From assembly GCA_965217865.1 (NCBI GenBank), contig CBDCJO010000002.1:5152001-5216000 (forward strand): 64,000 bases of DNA. Reading direction: 5' to 3'. The position numbers and the translations under genes were made by a program. Of this stretch, positions 21,077-31,787 are shown piece after piece (the stretch's first letter is position 1; each line of letters begins with the position of its first letter). The DNA comes from Candidatus Latescibacterota bacterium. Lineage in GTDB: Bacteria > Latescibacterota > UBA2968 > SICM01. The notes under the pieces are model-generated. The model ran no database searches, had not been told where the DNA came from, and was given only the letters and a program-made list of their open reading frames with translations.

Positions 21077-21718
21077 CTATCCCAAAATCTCGAATCGTAT
21101 CTTTTCGCTGGTCTGGAGGATATCCGTGAAATCGGGAGGGAGGAGGATCTGGAGGAAGGGACTGATCGAGAAGGTATCCTCAATGACTTCCCTATTATCA
21201 TCGCAGACAATTCGGAATTTCCTATCGGAATCCTTCAGCTTTTTATTCCTTTCGATGAGGGACTCAGGAACCGTAAAGACCCTCACGTCACCCCATTCAT
21301 TCAGGACCAGCCAGGAGGTTGGCGAAAGGACCCGGATCCGGCTTGTCCCCGCGGTTGCAAGGGACTGTTTAGCCGGTATGGGTACTGGGACAACAGCCTG
21401 GGGTTTCGATGGCTGTTTCTTTCCGTGCTTCGAGCGTATCTTCCTGCCAGATCCCCTGGTGGGTCGGACATGCCGAGGCCTTGTAATGAGCCGGACATTG
21501 GCCGCGATGGCGAATATCAGGAAAAAGGCGAGGAGAACGGTTAAGACGCCTCCGGAATAACCCGGGAGATCCAACCCCAGCCGAAGCCCGCCGATCATCA
21601 CAGCCACCGTGTTTAGAAAGATGGCCGAACCCGCGAGGTGTGCCGTGGAGAGAAGATACAGTATCAGGAGCGGGGAGAGGATGGCGGTGGCGGAGATTGT
21701 AAATGCTGAGGAGTCCAC
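21077..21718 (-). CDS. Hypothetical membrane protein
   Basis: 213-aa ORF with a hydrophobic N-terminus (about 3 TM) and a basic linker. Confidence 0.65.
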   Translation of the reverse strand: MDSSAFTISATAILSPLLILYLLSTAHLAGSAIFLNTVAVMIGGLRLGLDLPGYSGGVLTVLLAFFLIFAIAANVRLITRPRHVRPTRGSGRKIRSKHGKKQPSKPQAVVPVPIPAKQSLATAGTSRIRVLSPTSWLVLNEWGDVRVFTVPESLIERNKKLKDSDRKFRIVCDDNREVIEDTFSISPFLQILLPPDFTDILQTSEKIRFEILG

Positions 21719-21885
21719 GATATGCAGCTCTTAATCAGTGTTGAAGGGAATGGTTCTGGATAGAACGTGGGGATTTTTACTACTAGAATATATATAAATT
21801 AAAAATCAAAAACAAGAGAGAGATTTTTTTTGAGCCAGTTCCTGAGCCAGTTTAACAGGGGTTCTTCTTTTAGCTAATGGCCTTA

Positions 21886-21911
21886 TTCCCCGACTGGAGT
21901 CGGGTCCCACA
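21886..21911 (-). repeat. REP-like element (TGTGGGACCCGACTCCAGTCGGGGAA)
   Basis: Exact 26-bp reverse-complement copy at 56565-56590; related copy at 56651-56676. Confidence 0.85.
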
Positions 21912-21969
21912 AGTCTAAGGGGTCATTTCATTCATCTAAATCCCTGGCTTCTGACCCATGACCCCCGTC

Positions 21970-22341
21970 CTAATCCCTTGGGGGGACGGCACAGAGAAAC
22001 CCGAAAGGCTCATCTCCGATGTTCTCGAATTGATGCTGTTCGTTGGGCGGAATGTAGACCACGTCTCCAACGCCGAGCTCCGCCACTTCCCATCCCATCA
22101 TCACCCGGGCTTTCCCCCTGAGGATGTAGACCCCATGGTCGTGGTCGTGTCGATCGAAAGAGGTCTGTCCACCTGAAGCGACTTCGTAATACCGAAGGCC
22201 GAAGTTCACCGCGCCATCCTGGCTGCCGATCAGAACGCTTTTTGTCCCTCCAACGGCTCCTCCTTCCTCGTATTTCTCGATCGAAACTCCCTCCCATTCA
22301 AAATCCCCTTTTTCCCCCTTGAATCTGTGCAGGACGCCCAT
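21970..22341 (-). CDS. Cupin domain protein
   Basis: HDHDHG..G..VYIPPNEQHQFEN cupin motifs. Confidence 0.88.
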   Translation of the reverse strand: MGVLHRFKGEKGDFEWEGVSIEKYEEGGAVGGTKSVLIGSQDGAVNFGLRYYEVASGGQTSFDRHDHDHGVYILRGKARVMMGWEVAELGVGDVVYIPPNEQHQFENIGDEPFGFLCAVPPRD

Positions 22342-22362
22342 GGGTTTTCCTCATAAGAAGCC

Positions 22363-22507
22363 GTGAGACGTGAAACGTCAAACGTGAAACGGAAAAGCAG
22401 TAGCAAGTGGCAGTGGCAGGAAAAGCAGGGGTCAGAGGACCGAGGTCAGGGGTGGGAATGCGACCCTCCGCTTCACGCTTCACGCTTCACGAGATACGCT
22501 TCACGGT
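22363..22507. repeat. Composite 6/7-mer repeat mosaic with inverted arms
   Basis: CGTGAGA/CGTGAAA heptamers, GCAGTA/GCAGTG hexamers and GGGTCAG heptamers, then the complementary (CGCTTCA)n. Confidence 0.85.
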
Positions 22508-22508
22508 T

Positions 22509-23552
22509 TTACATAAAGTTTCGGACTCCGCTTCCGTGGAGCTCGGAGATCTTCTCAGCTGTTGGACCATCGAATCCCACCTGGATCAATTCGCGGACTC
22601 TCTTCTTGTGCATTGTATCATAGAGCTCGCGGACGCGTTCTTTTCCCCTCGCCAACCGGTCGGAATCCTCGCCGCCACCCGCCAATACCATCAGGGCTTT
22701 CTGCACAAAGGGACTCGCTCCCGAGGCCTGTTGAAGGAATGCAGTTCGTTTTTCAGTTGCCTGACTTAACTTTTGGACGACTTCGGGGTCGTGCTCGATG
22801 TGATATCCGATATGAGAAAGGCCGTATCCGACGTGCCGGCCCTCATCCTGTCTCGCCATCTTGAAGATCTGACGCGTTACGGGATCAGGGGCGGCTTCTT
22901 CCAGGAATTTAAGCAGTTCCATGAATGTCCCCTCCCCAAGTACGTGGAGGAGGAAGGATGCGTCGGTAAAGTCCTCCTGAGAGAGGAGGCTTTGCAGGGA
23001 CCATTCGGTGGCGGAAGAGACGTACTGCAGCCCTCCGCCGTTTGCGAGGGCTCGTTTCGTGAAGACTTCCACGTGCCTGGCTTCGTCCATCACCTGGCTG
23101 GAGAGGAACATCACGACTTCGGAGAAGCTGGGATCGATCCTGGAAAGAAACTTCGCCGGGATGTAGAGCGCCAGGTATTCGTTCTGGATCAGGAAAGTCA
23201 TAATCTGACAGACCGCCCGTTCCATGTCTTCGGGAAGCTCGGGAAGGTCGCGCCAGGGGATGTCCGTCGTCGCGTTCCACTGGCCTGATTTGGCCTGTTC
23301 GACAAGGTCCGCGATGTTGTCCGACTAGACATCGATCTTCCGCCTGATAGGAAAGCCGAAATCCGGGGTTTTGGGGTCCACCACCGCCCCCCGCTGGGCC
23401 AGCCCGAAATTGGGGGGGGCCGTGTCGGGTACGTCAGCCGAACGACCTACAAAACAGTCGATCAGGTTGATTCCCTTCTGATCCTTTGGGTTGATTTTGA
23501 TCCCCCAGTCCGGCTCTCCCCATCCGGAGGTATCCGGGAGTTCGATATCCAT
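22509..23552 (-). pseudogene. Ferritin-like domain protein interrupted by an in-frame TAG at 23325-23327
   Basis: Continuous frame ..RRKIDV*SDNIADLVEQAKSGQWNATTDIPW..; di-iron motifs DEARH and DEGRH downstream. Confidence 0.8.
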
Positions 23553-23829
23553 GATATCGATATCCTTTCGAATCGTATGAATAGGCAACTATTATGAAAG
23601 TGGATGAAAAAATATAACGGAATACATAAATGGGAGAAAGGATAAAAAGGATTCAGAATGTCAATGATTCATGGGTCTGGAGTCGAGAGGTCAGAAAAGC
23701 AAGTGAAACGGCAAACGGAAAGTCGAAAGCTTAGCTATACGGGTAAGGTAATGAAGGAAATTTATTGATCAGAAAAGGTCACATTAGGTGAAGATCGCTG
23801 GAAATTAACTTGGATTCAATTCAAGTAAA

Positions 23830-23899
23830 GAGATCCTTCGCGCACAGAGTTCGGGGGAAGATCGAAGCTTCGGCGGGGGGGGCGCTCAGGATTACATTT
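23830..23899 (+). repeat. REP-like element GAGATCCTTCGCGCACA...GCGCTCAGGAT(T/G)ACA
   Basis: Second copy at 46316-46384; related partial copies at about 25046-25093, 36677-36717, 53552-53585 and 63194-63210. Confidence 0.8.
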
Positions 23900-23952
23900 T
23901 TCACACATCGATTGTCGAAATGAGAAGCCTCCCTTTAAGCCCGAACGACAGA

Positions 23953-23983
23953 AAAGCCCGGCAGATCAAATCCGCCGGGCTTT
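23953..23983 (-). terminator. Rho-independent terminator of the oxidoreductase gene
   Basis: AAAGCCCGGC..GCCGGGCTTT hairpin about 35 nt after the stop, followed by a U-run on the minus strand. Confidence 0.75.
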
Positions 23984-24016
23984 GAAATCATTCAAAAAAG
24001 ATTGGAGTCCGTTCCC

Positions 24017-24907
24017 TTAACCCCTTCCCGGGAAGGTGAGCTCGGCAACGCCGGATTTATCGAGCTCCCCTTTGCCAAGCTCGATCATTCGATCGTACTG
24101 ATCCTTGGTCGCCTGGGCAAGCGGGAGGTTGAGTCCGGCGGCCTTTCCGAGTGCGAGAGCGATCCCGGAGTCTTTTGAGGCGTGCGCAGAAGAAAAATAG
24201 CATTCGTGGTCACGGTTCTGCATGTCCTCTCCGTCTGTCTCCAGCACGCGGGAATTGGCCCCTGTCTGAGAGAACACCTCCTGAAGCATCCCCAGGTCCA
24301 GTCCCAGGGAAGCCCCCAGTCCCAGCCCCTCGGCCAGGCCCGCTGTGTTGATATTCATCACCATGTTCACCAGCGCCTTTACCTGGGCAGCCTTTCCGGC
24401 TTCACCGATGTATGTCAGGCTCGTGCTCATCGAATCCAGAATGGGCTTCGCGTTATCGAATGTGACGCGCTTTCCCCCGCACATCAGATAGAGCGTGCCA
24501 TCCCTCGCCTGGGTGATGCTGCTGGCCATGCACCCTTCGAGGCTCTCCCCGCCGGCCTTTTCCGCAAGGGACTGGACATCGACGTGTACCTGAGGAGAGA
24601 TCGTGGCACAGTTGATGAAGACTTTCCCGCTTGCCCCCTGCAGGAGGCTGTCCCCATCTCCGGCGAAGATGTTCCGCATGGACTCGTCGTCCGTGACGAC
24701 CGTTATGATATAGTCGGCGGAATTCGTGACTCCGAGGAGGGAATCGGAAGCCTCGATCCCGAGCTCCGAGGCCAATTTCTTCGCGACTTCAGACCGGGTA
24801 TCGAAGACCGCTGTGATTGAAAAACCATCGTCTTTCAGGTGGCGTGCGATGTTGGCACCCATCCTGCCCACCCCAACAACCCCGATTTTATAGTCAGAAT
24901 TGGCCAT
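24017..24907 (-). CDS. NAD(P)-dependent oxidoreductase, 3-hydroxyisobutyrate/6-phosphogluconate dehydrogenase family
   Basis: GVGRMGANIA, KALVN; start MANSDY (ATG 24907) after GGAGGG. Confidence 0.9.
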   Translation of the reverse strand: MANSDYKIGVVGVGRMGANIARHLKDDGFSITAVFDTRSEVAKKLASELGIEASDSLLGVTNSADYIITVVTDDESMRNIFAGDGDSLLQGASGKVFINCATISPQVHVDVQSLAEKAGGESLEGCMASSITQARDGTLYLMCGGKRVTFDNAKPILDSMSTSLTYIGEAGKAAQVKALVNMVMNINTAGLAEGLGLGASLGLDLGMLQEVFSQTGANSRVLETDGEDMQNRDHECYFSSAHASKDSGIALALGKAAGLNLPLAQATKDQYDRMIELGKGELDKSGVAELTFPGRG

Positions 24908-25195
24908 CTTTCCCTCCAATCGCGAGTTTCGCTTCGCCGCAGCCAAAAGAGATGTAAGTTTCTTACAGAGAAGCATCGCGCGGGAATGAATTCCCGCGCT
25001 ACGAATATAAAGTCCGGCGCAACCGGACTACCTAGCCTATACCCGTCCTTCGACTGCGTTCCGCAACAAACGCGGAACTCCGCTCAGGATGTCTTCATCA
25101 TGATTTATGACTCCCTTAACTATCGCAGGCTTCGAATCGCTCAGTCGCAACTAATATCGCCCCACGGGGACTCTACCCGAGGATTGAAGATGCCC

Positions 25196-25224
25196 AATTT
25201 AAACGGACCCATTATGTATGTCAA
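25196..25224 (-). promoter_or_regulatory. Putative sigma-70 promoter preceding a long structured leader
   Basis: Minus strand TTGACA-17 nt-TAAATT. Confidence 0.5.
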
Positions 25225-25247
25225 GGTTTTTGGAGGGGTACCAGACA

Positions 25248-26010
25248 CTATATCAAACGCAGCATAGCCAGGGTTGAAGCCTTCCGTTCGTCGAACCGGA
25301 CCAATCCGACTTCACGGGCAATTCGAAAGGCCTCTTCCAACTCATCTGTCGTAATGTGACGATTGATCTCCTGGTATTTCTCCCCGTTCACCTTTCCTGC
25401 CGGATAGTATTGCGCCATCAGATTGATATAGGTGTCCGGTGAAATATTTTCGGACAAAAATCGTACGATTTCCCGGGTTTCTTCCAGGCCGTCCGGCATG
25501 ACCAGGTGACGAACAAGCACTCCCCGTCTGGCCATCCCGTGCGAATCGAACCTCAGGTCACCCACCTGGCGATGCATTTCCCTGATGGCCGCCCGGGCTG
25601 CGGATGGGTATTTCGGGGACTTGACATATCTTTTGGCCTGATCCTCATGCCAGTACTTGAAATCCGGCATGTAGACGTCCACGATGCCTTCCAAATGGTA
25701 AAGGCTGTCGAGCGAGTCAAACGCGCTGGTGTTGTAAACGATGGGGAGATTAAGCCCGCTTTTTATGGCAAAGGGAAGGGCTTCGAGGATTTGGGGAACC
25801 ACGTGCTCGGGAGTAACCAAGTTGATGTTATGACAGCCCATCTCCTGAAGTTCAAGCATCATCTCTGCCAATTGTTCAGGTCCGACTTCCGTTCCAGCTT
25901 CCTGCTGGCTGATATCGTAGTTTTGACAGAAAACACATCGCAGGTTGCACCAGGCGAAGAAAATCGTGCCGCTGCCGTTCCAACCACGCAGGCAATCCTC
26001 CTCCCCGAAG
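25248..26010 (-). pseudogene. Radical SAM protein (PflX-like), 5'-truncated at a repeat tract
   Basis: FGEEDCLRGWNGSGTIFF..CNLRCVFCQN; upstream of about 26010 the frame reads through repeat DNA (ATANCHCY) instead of the usual N-terminus. Confidence 0.75.
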
Positions 26011-26093
26011 TCGGAGGCCAGAGTCGGGGAAAAACGGTAGCAGTGGCAGTTGGCAGTGGCAGGAAAAAGCATAGGCCTTCCACCACTGGAATT

Positions 26094-27281
26094 TCATGAT
26101 TCATGGATCTTTTGGTAACTCCTTTTTAGAAAATGATCCAGGACGAGGGAAAGGCATCCGACGAGCGCCGCGATAGCCAGCACTGCGTGGATCGTATCCG
26201 CAGAGCCCGCAAAGATATCATTCCGGCCCCGGACTTGGTCATAGATTTCCAGAAGCAGCAGCCCCTGTGGAAGGACGGCTATTCCGGCCAGCCGACCATA
26301 TGGATGGGCTTTGCCACCGACCAGCACCCCGCCCATCAATTTTCCCCCGATCATTGCGCATAGATAGATTGCAGCGATCGCCCAAACCTCGTTCGGTACG
26401 TCCGGGAGCCTTTCAACGGCGATCTGCATCCCGAACACACTCAGAAGAAGGACGCTCATTGCCTTTCCCGTGGGATCAAGGATCCTACTGAGCCTGGCCT
26501 GAACGTTCGCTCTCAATGATATAAGGAAACCGACCATCAAAGCGGTCAGGAGAAGATTGTGTCCAAGAGTGGCGGAAGTCCACTGCAGGAGGATGACCAT
26601 GCCGAAGAGCAGGACGAGCAGGGGAGTATCCCCTTTCAATGCGGACTCCACCCAAACCAAAGTTCCGAACCAGAAACCTGCGACTACAACCGCGAATCCT
26701 ATCCCCGATATAAATGCCGTTCCGGTTCCCAAATAGGTTGTGGTCAACCCATAAAGCAGGAGGCTGATCCCGCAGCATAACATTATCACCAGGCGGGTTT
26801 CGGGAAAACTTTTCGAGGATGCGAAGTTCAACATGGGAGCGGTCAACGAAGCGGCCACTCCCAAAGCCATCACAGCGGGGGTGGGAAGTTCGAAGAGGAC
26901 CTTTAGGAAGAGGACTGCAAAGAGACAGGGCAATAGGACGCAAAGACTCGCGAGGGGCAGGTGGGAGATCCGAAGGTGATTTCGAATCCTGCCGACCTCA
27001 AACCCAACGCTGAGGCCGACCCATCCGAGAGCGATAGAAACCAGGGGGTCCCCCACGGTGAGTAAATGGCTGGGAAGGACGCCCGAGCCCCTTGCGATCA
27101 CGCCAGCGGCGACGTAACCGACCTCAACGGGGAGTCCACAAATCTGCAGGAGCTTGCCCCCGAAATAAGACAGAACTATCAGGAAGCCGATATAAAAAAC
27201 GGGCTCGGTTACCGGTGAAGGCCCTTGCTGAATCCAATAGGAAAGGCCGATCACGCAAATGGGAAGGATCAGGTTTCTCAT
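26094..27281 (-). CDS. Cation:proton antiporter-like membrane protein (second of a tandem pair)
   Basis: About 12 TM segments; 'LPVEVGYVAAG', 'ALGWVGLSVGFE', 'GKLMG' and 'LPQG' resemble the Na+/H+ exchanger family. Confidence 0.7.
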   Translation of the reverse strand: MRNLILPICVIGLSYWIQQGPSPVTEPVFYIGFLIVLSYFGGKLLQICGLPVEVGYVAAGVIARGSGVLPSHLLTVGDPLVSIALGWVGLSVGFEVGRIRNHLRISHLPLASLCVLLPCLFAVLFLKVLFELPTPAVMALGVAASLTAPMLNFASSKSFPETRLVIMLCCGISLLLYGLTTTYLGTGTAFISGIGFAVVVAGFWFGTLVWVESALKGDTPLLVLLFGMVILLQWTSATLGHNLLLTALMVGFLISLRANVQARLSRILDPTGKAMSVLLLSVFGMQIAVERLPDVPNEVWAIAAIYLCAMIGGKLMGGVLVGGKAHPYGRLAGIAVLPQGLLLLEIYDQVRGRNDIFAGSADTIHAVLAIAALVGCLSLVLDHFLKRSYQKIHES

Positions 27282-27350
27282 AAATGAAGCAGAATACAGA
27301 ATATAGAATACAGAATGAAGTCAGAATCAAAGTCAGACTTCAGAATCAGT

Positions 27351-28547
27351 CTATTCGGGGACGGATTGGCTTATGGGTCTTACGGTCGCGGTTGTGGCCT
27401 GGGTAAAGATTATGGCAAGTGCCATACCTCCAATAATCGTGACTGGTGGGATGGATCCGTTCGAGGCCAGGTAAAAGGGCTGCATACAGATGGCAATCGA
27501 CAGGGTGCCCAATGGAAAAAGACCCATCCCGATAAAATTAAAATCCCGCTGATACGGACGTATAAGTCGAAACAAGAGCCCGATCCCCAATGTCCTGAGT
27601 ACGGCGCGCGCAAGGAAGATCAACATGGCGAGGGATAGCATCCCCTGAATATTCAATTGGAGGGGAACCCAGACTCCGATCGTGATGCCGGCAACCCATA
27701 AAAACAGGCATTCTATTACGGGGGACAAACGATTGGAAACGGCCTGAACATCCTGTCTCCTGAGGGTAGTGTTGATCAACCAAACCCCGGCGATGAATCC
27801 TGAAAAAAGGGCCGGCAGATCCAGGGCCACACAGAGCCCCCCCGCGGCAGCGACCAAGGCGACGGCCAAATAAGATATTTTTTCCAGGGCTGGCTCAATG
27901 CGAAGGGCAATGTCCAGCAGGACTCCGGTGAAGAGGCCGATTAAAATCGAGATTAGAAGGGGATCGGTCTCTCCGACAAATAATCCGGTTGCAACGGAGA
28001 TCGGGGGGCGCGTTACAAGCAGTGTGGAGATACAACCAAACAGGATAAGACTGACGCTGTTGCCGAGCACGTGTTCCTTTAAACCAGAAGTCTTATCAAG
28101 GCCCCCATGTACTGCTATAGACGCTGCGGTGCTCAATGTCAGGGCCAGAACAGTCAGATTCTCCCCTAAATTTAGATCCTGGGAAATTTCGGGAAGGAGG
28201 ATGAAGATAACGATCAGGAGGAGTATGAAGGTAACGGCACTCTGAGTGATATCAAAAAGGATGGACCTGGGTGACAGTTTTCTCAGCATCCGAAATTCAA
28301 CGTTCACGCCGAGTTGAAGTCCGATCCATCCAATGAACAGGTTGGTCAGGGTCACCTGAATGTGTTGGAAAAACTGGCGGCCTTCGATCTCTGAGGAGAA
28401 TCCGAACCCGATGAGAAATCCCACGACGAGGTACTGAGTCTTTCCCTTGAAGAACAGGTTAAGGGGCTCGGGAAGGTGTCGACCCCTTGTCAGATGGAAC
28501 AACAGGGAGAAGGCGAGTAGAGAGATTCCCAGGACCAGCAGGGCCAT
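27351..28547 (-). CDS. Cation:proton antiporter-like membrane protein (first of a tandem pair)
   Basis: About 12 TM segments; 'YLVVGFLIG', 'IGWIGLQLG' and 'GLFPLG' motifs. Confidence 0.7.
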   Translation of the reverse strand: MALLVLGISLLAFSLLFHLTRGRHLPEPLNLFFKGKTQYLVVGFLIGFGFSSEIEGRQFFQHIQVTLTNLFIGWIGLQLGVNVEFRMLRKLSPRSILFDITQSAVTFILLLIVIFILLPEISQDLNLGENLTVLALTLSTAASIAVHGGLDKTSGLKEHVLGNSVSLILFGCISTLLVTRPPISVATGLFVGETDPLLISILIGLFTGVLLDIALRIEPALEKISYLAVALVAAAGGLCVALDLPALFSGFIAGVWLINTTLRRQDVQAVSNRLSPVIECLFLWVAGITIGVWVPLQLNIQGMLSLAMLIFLARAVLRTLGIGLLFRLIRPYQRDFNFIGMGLFPLGTLSIAICMQPFYLASNGSIPPVTIIGGMALAIIFTQATTATVRPISQSVPE

Positions 28548-28668
28548 ATCAAATTCTTTCTACAAGAATTTTGGAATGTGTGCGTCCGTGCAGGACAGGA
28601 GGTTAGCAAAGAGGCGAAGCCGGTTGTCTGGCTTCGCCTCCGTGTGTTGAATGGTATTCGGGAAAAGT

Positions 28669-29100
28669 TTAGAAAGGGAGATCGTCGTCTTCTTTGCTTC
28701 CGGACGGTTCGAGTGCGGGAGACGTTACCTCGGATCTTCCTTCCCAGTCTTCTCGTGGGACGTCCCGCCCGTCGAGCATTTGCATATCACGGGCCACGAT
28801 TTCCGTGGTATAGCGTTTGTTCCCATCCTGTCCGTCCCACGATCTGGTCTGAAGACGGCCTTCGATATAAATTTTACTCCCCTTCTTCAGGTACTCGTTG
28901 CAGATTTCTGCCAGCTTACCCCATACCACGATCCGGTGCCACTCGGTTTTCTCCTGGCGTTCTCCCTTTCCGTCCACCCAACTTTCGTTGGTTGCAAGGT
29001 TGAAGTTGGTCACGGAGGAACCCGAAGGGGTGTACTTTAGCTCGGGATCTCCTCCGAGGTTGCCGATTAGGATGACCTTGTTAATTCCGCGACGACTCAT
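28669..29100 (-). CDS. ssb: Single-stranded DNA-binding protein
   Basis: [27 protein letters not shown], acidic DDDLPF tail. Confidence 0.98.
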   Translation of the reverse strand: MSRRGINKVILIGNLGGDPELKYTPSGSSVTNFNLATNESWVDGKGERQEKTEWHRIVVWGKLAEICNEYLKKGSKIYIEGRLQTRSWDGQDGNKRYTTEIVARDMQMLDGRDVPREDWEGRSEVTSPALEPSGSKEDDDLPF

Positions 29101-29174
29101 AAGATAACTCCTTATAAATAAAAGTTATATATAAACTATATTCGCCCGGACTTCAGCCAGAGCGCACCTGATAT

Positions 29175-29203
29175 AGTATACATATTTGCCCCTAATAAGT
29201 CAA
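29175..29203 (-). promoter_or_regulatory. Putative sigma-70 promoter of ssb
   Basis: Minus strand TTGACT-17 nt-TATACT. Confidence 0.65.
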
Positions 29204-29739
29204 GCGGAAAATAAATGATTATCATATTGTAATTAATTGACTTAACGAATATCCGTGATTAATTACGATGCGTAGATGCGTTTTTTGAGGATCGCACCGC
29301 GATCCTGAAGAAAATCAAAGACCAATATCGCTGGCATGCCAAGGATGTCAGGTGAATTATATGAAAAGGTGACGGGATTAGATGGGAGGGACGCCGGCCT
29401 CGGCGTCCACCACGAGGAACTTATTGCAAACTGAAAATTGTAAAATGGAAAATGCAAATTTTAGGGTAGACAGGATACGCGACGGGTCTCCGATCCCCGA
29501 ACCACGAACCACGGATTTTTGAGGCCGCGAGCCCTCCCGGAAAAGGTCGATTCTAGACATGTCGCAGGTGGTCTTGTTTGCTCCCGCCGAAAACGCCGCC
29601 GAGGCCATGGAAATGGAAAATGAAAAATGCAAAATGGAAATTGCAAGGTCGCGCTCAAAAGCAATGGTTCAGGACCTGAGAATACAGTTTGACTTGATGA
29701 GGTTTTGCCTTATTGACACGACTCTTTGGGGGGGTTAAG

Positions 29740-30114
29740 TTATGATGGGTCGATCTCCGGGGAATTTTCAAGCAGGTTTGAAATCAGGGCGTCGAAGGCC
29801 TCCTTCCCCTGGGTTTCTCCACCGTGGAGAGACGCCAACTTTTCAAGGATTTCGGCCTTGAGGCGTGGCATAATATCCTCTGCTTTTTGAGTGATAACGG
29901 GATCGTCGAGGAGCCTGAAAGCATCGGTTGCATTAAGCTGGCTGGGATGCGTGTGGGCTCCCCCGAGGAGGACGCAGACCTGATATATCAGATCGAGGAA
30001 TTGTGTGTAGGTAGTGTTCGAGGCGAGATTCAAAAATTTATCTTCAGCAACGGGATCGTAATAGTTATCCTTGATGGCTACGATCAGCCGTTTCGTTTCA
30101 TAATCCAGGGACAT
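29740..30114 (-). CDS. Hypothetical helical protein
   Basis: MSLDYETKRL.. 124 aa; the track's upstream extension is repeat DNA. Confidence 0.65.
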   Translation of the reverse strand: MSLDYETKRLIVAIKDNYYDPVAEDKFLNLASNTTYTQFLDLIYQVCVLLGGAHTHPSQLNATDAFRLLDDPVITQKAEDIMPRLKAEILEKLASLHGGETQGKEAFDALISNLLENSPEIDPS

Positions 30115-30364
30115 AATATTGAAGATTGAAGATCGGAAGATTGAAGATTTCCCCTCAACACCCCACAAGAATACAGAATACAGGAGAAATCAAGTCATTC
30201 AGTCCACAGTCAGGAACCATTAGAAGATTGAATATTGACGATTGGCCGGAGTAAAAGGTTTTTGAGGATTTAAATCATTCCCGATAAAAATAATCAAGAT
30301 GATTAAGGATGACAAGTCCGAAAATTTTGGATGGGGGCGTCACAGGGTTTGGTTGACTCTATAA

Positions 30365-31150
30365 GTGGAGTCGCTATTCACCCTTGCGATTGGAGGAACC
30401 GTTTTGAGGTTATCTGAAGAACAAATTGGATTTTTTTACCACCGGGGATATCTTCCGGTCGAAGACCAATTTTCTTCAGCGCATACCTCGCGGTTGACTC
30501 AGAGGATCGAGGAGCTTTGCGAAGACTGGCGGGGGGATGCGGCGAGGGAGGTGGGAATCCTGCACGAACGGGAGGTGTTAGCGTCGTTAGGAAGAATAAC
30601 ACCTTCAAATGAGACGGTGGGAAGTATGGCCAACATCGCGGCTTCCGAGAGTCTCTTTCGAGATCACGCTGCGGACCCCGACCTGATTCGCATGGTCTCG
30701 GATCTGATCGGGGAACCCGTCCGACTTTTCTCGGACCGCATCGTTCTGAAACCACCCCGGCTCGGATCTGAAAAGCCTTTCCACCAGGACAATGCGTATT
30801 TCCACGTGCTGCCAGAGGATGCGTTCATCACCTGCTGGTGTGCCCTGGATGATGCCACGTTGGAGAACGGATGCCTGCACTATTTCCCGGGGTCCCACAC
30901 AAAGGGAACCATCGACCACGAGAAGATCCCGAAAACGCCACACTTGGTTCCGAGGGGCATTGATCCGAAAGGGTGCGTTCCCGTTTCCATACGATCCGGG
31001 GGTGTCATCTTCCATCACGGCTTGACGATTCACACCTCAGGCCCCAATCGATCTGAGCGATGGAGAAGGGCTTACATCTGTCACTATGTCCGAACGGACG
31101 CGGAGTATCCCCTCAAGCCCGGATATCCGGTTGATGTAAAAAGTAATTGA
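30365..31150 (+). CDS. Phytanoyl-CoA dioxygenase (PhyH) family protein
   Basis: HQD, WCALDDATLENGCL..PGSH, H.SGPN.S..RR motifs. Confidence 0.92.
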   Translation: MESLFTLAIGGTVLRLSEEQIGFFYHRGYLPVEDQFSSAHTSRLTQRIEELCEDWRGDAAREVGILHEREVLASLGRITPSNETVGSMANIAASESLFRDHAADPDLIRMVSDLIGEPVRLFSDRIVLKPPRLGSEKPFHQDNAYFHVLPEDAFITCWCALDDATLENGCLHYFPGSHTKGTIDHEKIPKTPHLVPRGIDPKGCVPVSIRSGGVIFHHGLTIHTSGPNRSERWRRAYICHYVRTDAEYPLKPGYPVDVKSN

Positions 31151-31787
31151 AGCTCCGGAATATGTGATTTTCGATCTTCCTGGTTTATAGTGGCGCGTAA
31201 TAGGATTATCCTTGCATTTAACAACGCTGGCCTGGGATGGATGTCCGGACATGAGTCGCGAGTCATCTTGTTTGCTCCCAACCCCGCCCCCAAGTTCGCC
31301 CTTTTTCTTGCTCATCCTAGAAAAAGGGCTGAAAAAGAAGGATGCCGCTCAAACGCCGCGGAGGCTGGGCGCGCCGAAGCCGAAGTGCAAGATGGCAATC
31401 AGGATTTTGTGTGGTCCCGAGAGGGCTTGTGGTTTTACCGTGCTTTGGGTGGAAGGTTAATAAGGAGGGACAGCGTCGCGCCCAAAAACCGATAATATGA
31501 CTCATGTACTGAGAGTACAGTTAGACTTCCGTAAATTGGAGAATCATCTTGTTTGATTCCAACAGATCCCCTAAAGTTGCCCTTTTTCTTGCTACCACCC
31601 CACTGTTTCTTGCTCAGAATATATCAAAGGTTTGGAGATCCACAATACCTGACTGAAAATAGCTGTAACCCGCATTTTGATCCTCCTTTCAGACTCACAA
31701 ATATTGCCCTGAAGGAAGAAGCTAAACTAATCCATCAAAAACCAGGAAGAACCGTGATTTTCGATTGCGTCGTGGACGGATGGCGTT

